From positions 1,550,001-1,614,000 of the forward strand of contig JANHCV010000009.1 of the NCBI GenBank assembly GCA_025594325.1: a stretch of 64,000 nt of DNA. The letters run 5' to 3'. This document shows, one piece after another, positions 59,474 to 64,000 of the stretch; position 1 is the stretch's first letter, and the number at the start of each line of letters is the position of its first letter. The translations under genes and the position numbers were made by a program. The notes below the pieces were generated by a model, which saw nothing but the letters and a program-made list of their open reading frames with translations, made no database searches and was not told where the DNA came from. The stretch is from Blastocladiella emersonii ATCC 22665. Lineage: Eukaryota; Fungi; Blastocladiomycota.

Positions 59474-62400
59474 ATGGAAACTTTCTGGGACTCGGCGCAA
59501 TACGCGCACCTGTACCAGGGCCACCCGTTGTCCGGCCCGTTGCCGGGGTGGCCTGGCTTCCAGGCGCCACCGTTCCACGGACCCTCGACCCCGCTTCCTC
59601 AAGCTTACGCTCAGCCCCCTGCACCCGTTCCCGGACCTCCTCTAACGGCTGCTCTCGCTTCTAATGCTACTTCGGATCTCGACCTGCTGCTTTTCGCGCA
59701 GCAACGCCTTATCGTCCCAACTTTGACCGCTCTTGGTGACCCGGACCCTGCGACATGGCTGCGCGTCGTCGAGACGGACCTCGGCGCTCTCAACCTTCCG
59801 CAACGACTCTGGCATCTCGCGGCGCTTTGTTACGCTGACGCCGACCTTGCGCGTACTCTTCGACTTGGTGTGCAGGCGCGGTTTGATGCGGCGGGTGCAA
59901 CGGGCGACGTTTGGCACTCTGGCTTACGTCCTGCCGTGCTTGCGTTGGGCCAGTATGCAGCGCCCAGCCTGTCGAGTGCCGCAGCGCTGGGGACAGCCGC
60001 CTTTGACCAGTACGCTTCGAACGGGTATTCCATTTGGTCGTCGCCACCGCTTCCGCAGCAACATCATACCAACCCGGCCACGGCAGCTCCACCCGTTACT
60101 TCGACGGCGGACCCCAAACTCGAGCATCCGGCGGACCCAGCTCGCTTTCTGCCTAGCGACGCGCTCCCAGGCCCTGTCGTCGCGGAGGCCGAATCGTCGC
60201 CATTTTCTAATCCCGAGCTTTCGTCTGGGCCTCCGGTGGATGACCATGATCTCTTCTCTACGACTGGCAGCGCCAACGTGCTCGACTGCGATCCCGAGCT
60301 CGTACCAGTTGGGCCAGCTCCGTTGCCGTCCGCGCTTTCTACGGATTCAGCACCCGAGCTCGAAGACGACCAGCGGTCCGATGCTTCCTCGCTGACGAGT
60401 TTGGAGAGCGAGTTTGCCGATTCGTCCTTGTCGACCAGCGCACCCGTGGCTGGGCTTACACGCCGCTCACCCAGTCCCCCGCTGCGCTTACCCTCGCCGG
60501 CAGTCTCGCTTCATTCGGACTATACTCCTAGCTTGTCGTCGCGGCCGGTCTCGCCGGCTCTTCCAGCGAGTTCCGGCTGTGACGCATGTCCTACTTCGCG
60601 TCGCGGTTCCGCGACGAGCGACGGCGCCAGCGTGGTGTCCGAGTCCCCCGCTCCTGCTTCACTCAACGGCGCGGAGGATCGCTCGGCCGAACCCGACGCG
60701 CTTGGTACGTGCCTTCTCCGAACATGTTCAATGGTGGACTGAAAATAACTCGATCGTTTCCAGACGACCTTGACGCGGAACGCGACACAGTTCACGCTCC
60801 GTCGCCGGTCGAACGCGCCTCGGGCGACGCCGACCCTGCTTGCACGGACAACTGCAACGACCTTCCGACCGAAACGGCTACGGCCGCTCATGTCGAGGCA
60901 ATCGCGAACTCCGGAGTCAAACCTTGCGACGCCAGCCCCGAATCGGCCGAGCCGACCTGTTCCGCTCCTTCTTCTGAAGAGCACGCTTGTCAAGATGCTC
61001 CGCCGACCCCTCAAGTCGAAGCTCGCGACGCTGACGCCCAACCGGCCGAACCTACGTCCTCCGCTCCTGCTTCGTACGAGCGTGTGCGTCATGATGCTCC
61101 GCCAACTTTGCGAGTCGAACCTCTCGGTGCCGACGCTCAACTGGCCAACCCGAACAGCTCTGTTCCTGCTGCTTGCCTTGATGCTCCGCCAACCTCGTCA
61201 ACTCGTGTGGTAGTTGACGTTGATTTTGAGGCCGACCACAACATCGGACTTCTCTCGATTGCGAAAGCCGTCTGGGAAAACCATCCTGATGCTTCACACA
61301 CGCACTTGACGCAAACGGAAGCAAGACACGTTACTCAGATCGCTGCAATTTCTTATAAACGGGCGAAACTGGCCGTCGAGAGCTCCGCGGGCACGGGCTG
61401 TCAAAATACGATTTCCTTCAAAGACCACCCAGGTCACACCATGGAATTGATTGTTCGGTCAATCAAGACCCCTGTTGGCGTTCCCAAGCCCGCGTCCCAC
61501 GCTGCTGCACGGGAATCTGCTGCACCTTCGGAACCGACGCCTGAGCTTTACCACGACCTCGTCCGCGATCTTGACGAGCACGGCCTTCCTTCGTTTCACC
61601 TGCTTCCGGCGCCGTGCGGCTCAAACAACGGACCGCTCTACCGCTACCACCCGTACATGGCGATGCCAGGCATTCTCCCTGACGCTCCCGTCGTTCACGT
61701 CAACCTCGTGTCGGTCATTTCGCTTGGCGGGATGTACGCTGGGCCCGGGATCTGGGACTTGGACTCGGACACGTATCCCGCCCACTACACGGCGGTCTTC
61801 TCCGCCGATACGACGTGGGGCTCGGCCAAGGCCGCTTTTGAAGCCAAACTGCTCAGTCCAGCCGCCGTATCGATGAAGCCGCTCTATTGGCGCCTCCCGA
61901 GCGGCGGCGCGGGGATGGATCTTCGTGTCTCGGCCGACGGGCTTCTCCACGACCCCAAGCTTACTCTTGCGCAGCTCGTTGCTGCCAGCGACGGCGGGTC
62001 CAACACGAAGCGACTCTTGCCGGCCAAGGGCAAAGGCAAGACCAAGGGCAAAAAGTCACAGCTCTCAAACGCTTTCGCCGCCGCTGGAAACGGCGCCGAG
62101 CTTCCCGCTAGTGGCTCCACTTCGCCTCCAGTGCTTCGCATCGTGTGCACGCCGGCGATGTGCATGACCACGGCTGACCCAGCGGACGACTTGATTTCGG
62201 GTTCGCCCTCCGTTCCCAAACCGCTCGTCAAGCGGTACACGGTCGACCATCTGCTTGTCTTTGTCAAATTCTACGCCGCACCAGTCGGGCCACGGTTCTT
62301 CTTCTCATGCCGCGTCACGCCGTCAATGCTCGTCTCGCAGGTCACGCGCGGGTGGCTCATCCCGGACATGCTTGCGGGCATGCTTTTCTCCGAGCCCTCG

Positions 62401-62904
62401 AACTACTACGAGGAGCGCCCTGGCGGCGCGCCGCCGCGCCGACTCAGCCCGCGGCTCTCGTTCCGCGCGCAAAACATGCCGTTCGGCGCCGTGATCGTGA
62501 TCGAGTTTGCCAAGCTCACCAAGCCCAAGCAGCTCCGCATGCTCACGCCGTCGGACCACATGCAGGTCGTGAGCGTGCTCCCGGCCATGCTCGACCTCGC
62601 GGACCAGCACCCGGACCCGGCGCGCGTGCGCGCGGTCATCGAAGCGGCTACCTCCGCGTTCCTGGTCTCGCTTGCGCTGGCGCCCGACATTCAGCCGGAC
62701 ATCCGCTACGAGTACCGCATGATTGCGCGCGGCCGCTGGGCGCCACCCACGTACCCCCAGTGGGTCGAGGACTGGGCGAGCGGCAAGTGGAAGCGCGAGT
62801 TCGTCTGGCTGTGTGACCCGGACGCGCCGGGCTTCCAAGGCGAGGACCCGAACCAACGGTTGAAGCTGTTGGCCTACGCCGAGCGGGACAGTCTTCCGTT
62901 TTAG
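59474..62904 (+). CDS. Chimeric 1123-aa protein: Gag-capsid-like N-terminal segment, low-complexity/repeat linker, USP7/Ubp15-like tandem UBL domains, conserved C-terminal motif
   Basis: Exon 59474-60704, phase-1 intron 60705-60763 (GTACGT...CAG) and exon 60764-62904 join ORFs 59459 and 60586 in frame with no internal stop. Paralogous over its whole length to 5369-8549. Confidence 0.75.
60931..61194 (+). repeat. In-frame 99-bp (33-aa) tandem repeat, about 2.7 copies
   Basis: Units start at 60931, 61030 and 61129: ASPESAEPTCSAPSSEEHACQDAPPTPQVEARD / ADAQPAEPTSSAPASYERVRHDAPPTLRVEPLG / ADAQLANPNSSVPAACLDAPPT. Confidence 0.8.
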
Positions 62905-63146
62905 CGCAACTGAAGCCCCGTTTGCTTTGCAAGCCGCCGAATACATTTTCTGATCCAGTTCGTTCGTGTATGCTTGGGCGGCCTCTCGCAACTGCGAGCG
63001 ATCTTGTGGGTTGCGTGAGCGCCGGCGACGCGTTGAACATGCACTCTCGCGAAAAGGATCGAGTCAGAGTTTCGGTGAATCCGAGCTCCACTGTTCTCAC
63101 GGCCGCCGCTCGCTCTCCCCTTGTCGCACCAGCACTCCTCACCACC

Positions 63147-64000
63147 ATGAAGTAAAAGAATAAGACTAACCGCAAACGCAGTGCCAAGAGCCAGGCTACT
63201 GCCCGGCCCGGCGGCAAGCCTGCCACGGTGGTCGACCCGCAAGCGTCCGCTGGGACCGCCACCGAGCCCGTCACCGCGGCGGCGACGGACCCGTCACCGA
63301 CTTTCGCCATCGACGAGCTGGCTGATCCTTACTACCCTTACGGCCGCTCGTACTCGCGCGACCTGTTCCTGTACCACGACCCGCGCGGCTTCCAGCGCAT
63401 CGACGCGCTGCTCTTCCAGTGCGGCGACCTGCGCAACGTTTCGCGCACCATCGACGAGGCCAAGCGCAAGTATGCCCGCGGCTCCGACTTTGCGTTCGTC
63501 CTTAGTGACACGCACCCCGAGGTGCTCGCGCGCAACTTGCTCGTCCTGCACGCGGTCGCAGAGCGCGGCGCCGCCGACAAGTCTGCTCTTACGCGCCACA
63601 TTGGTCAGCTCTACTATTCTCTCCTTCTTGAGCCCTCGACCCGCGAGTACTGGTTCGAGCAAATGCGCTCGTGTCTCAATGCAGAGTGGACCCGCGAGAA
63701 CGTCCCGGTTTTCGTGCTCGACGTCCCCACGCTTCGAGTCGTCCGCCAGTGCTGGAAGGCGTGGCTCGCGTGCGACTGGTCGGCCGAAAAGCTTGCCCAG
63801 GAGCGCAGCAACTTCTTTGCTCGCGGCGACGGCGACGACGGTCCCGACCACGTGCAGATCACCATCGACGATTTCATGGCGAACGCGCGTCGCACCTACG
63901 GCGACAAGTTTCCCAGCGGCGAACAGAAGGCGAAGCTGGAGCACGAGGTTCGTTCGCTTCTCAATAACGGCGCTTTCCTGTTCAATGCGACCGACGAGCT
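63147..64000 (+). CDS. DUF4470-like protein, runs off the window end; codon 3 is TAA unless a micro-intron is spliced
   Basis: YYPYG...DALLFQCGDLRNV...FVLSDTHPEVLARNLLVLH...IGQLYYSLLL matches the DUF4470 pattern. The frame is open from 63156 to the end of the window and is missing from the supplied ORF track. Confidence 0.6.

Noticed and set aside
5369-62904. A giant composite transposon bounded by the two inverted chimeric genes
   Set aside because: The copies are substantially diverged at protein level with similarity limited to the gene, and the interior is ordinary housekeeping genes. Dispersed paralogy explains this more simply.
1790-63155. Alternative genetic code (TAA/TAG read as Gln, TGA as sense) in accessory genes
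   Set aside because: Core genes end normally at TAA, TAG and TGA. The affected genes also have frameshifts and truncations, so pseudogenisation explains them.
1-64000. CRISPR arrays, rRNA, tRNA, prokaryotic operons
   Set aside because: I saw no repeat-spacer array, rRNA motifs or convincing tRNA cloverleaf. Spliceosomal introns show the DNA is eukaryotic, and the Leu fusion itself has an intron, so it is not bacterial contamination.

Overview
This is eukaryotic DNA: GC-rich, with short spliceosomal introns (mostly about 50-90 nt; donors GTACGY/GTGCGT, branch points CTGAC/CTAAC, acceptors TAG/CAG). Gene content is fungal, and I infer an early-diverging fungus, probably Blastocladiomycota. Most long ORFs in the supplied track are GC-rich shadow frames, so I rebuilt the genes by splicing by eye. 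A dense core (about 13.2-43.2 kb) encodes a receptor-like membrane protein, OST3/6, thymidylate kinase, a Pbs2/Wis1-like MAPKK, a cation/Ca exchanger, a ZFAND4-like protein, Nbp2, Mex67, a Gfd2/QIP-like exonuclease, MMS19, Hem25, a UBL-WLM protease, a PNPOx-like flavoprotein, a SAM-carrier-like protein, and a single-polypeptide LeuB-LeuC-LeuD fusion. A Tea4/Bud14-like gene (52.5-55 kb) sits alone between decayed regions. The flanks (1-13 kb, 43.3-52 kb, 55.2-64 kb) are accessory DNA. They contain pseudogenes, F-box-like/ankyrin/LRR genes, a non-LTR RNase H fragment, intron-bearing MULE transposase and PIF1 helicase remnants, a DUF4470-like gene, and two inverted paralogues of a chimeric gene (Gag-capsid-like N-terminus plus USP7/Ubp15-like UBL1-2 without a protease domain). 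The best candidates for new biology are the Leu fusion enzyme with a non-canonical aconitase-family dehydratase, and the Gag-like/USP7-UBL chimeric family. All family calls come from motif recognition from memory; no database search was run.
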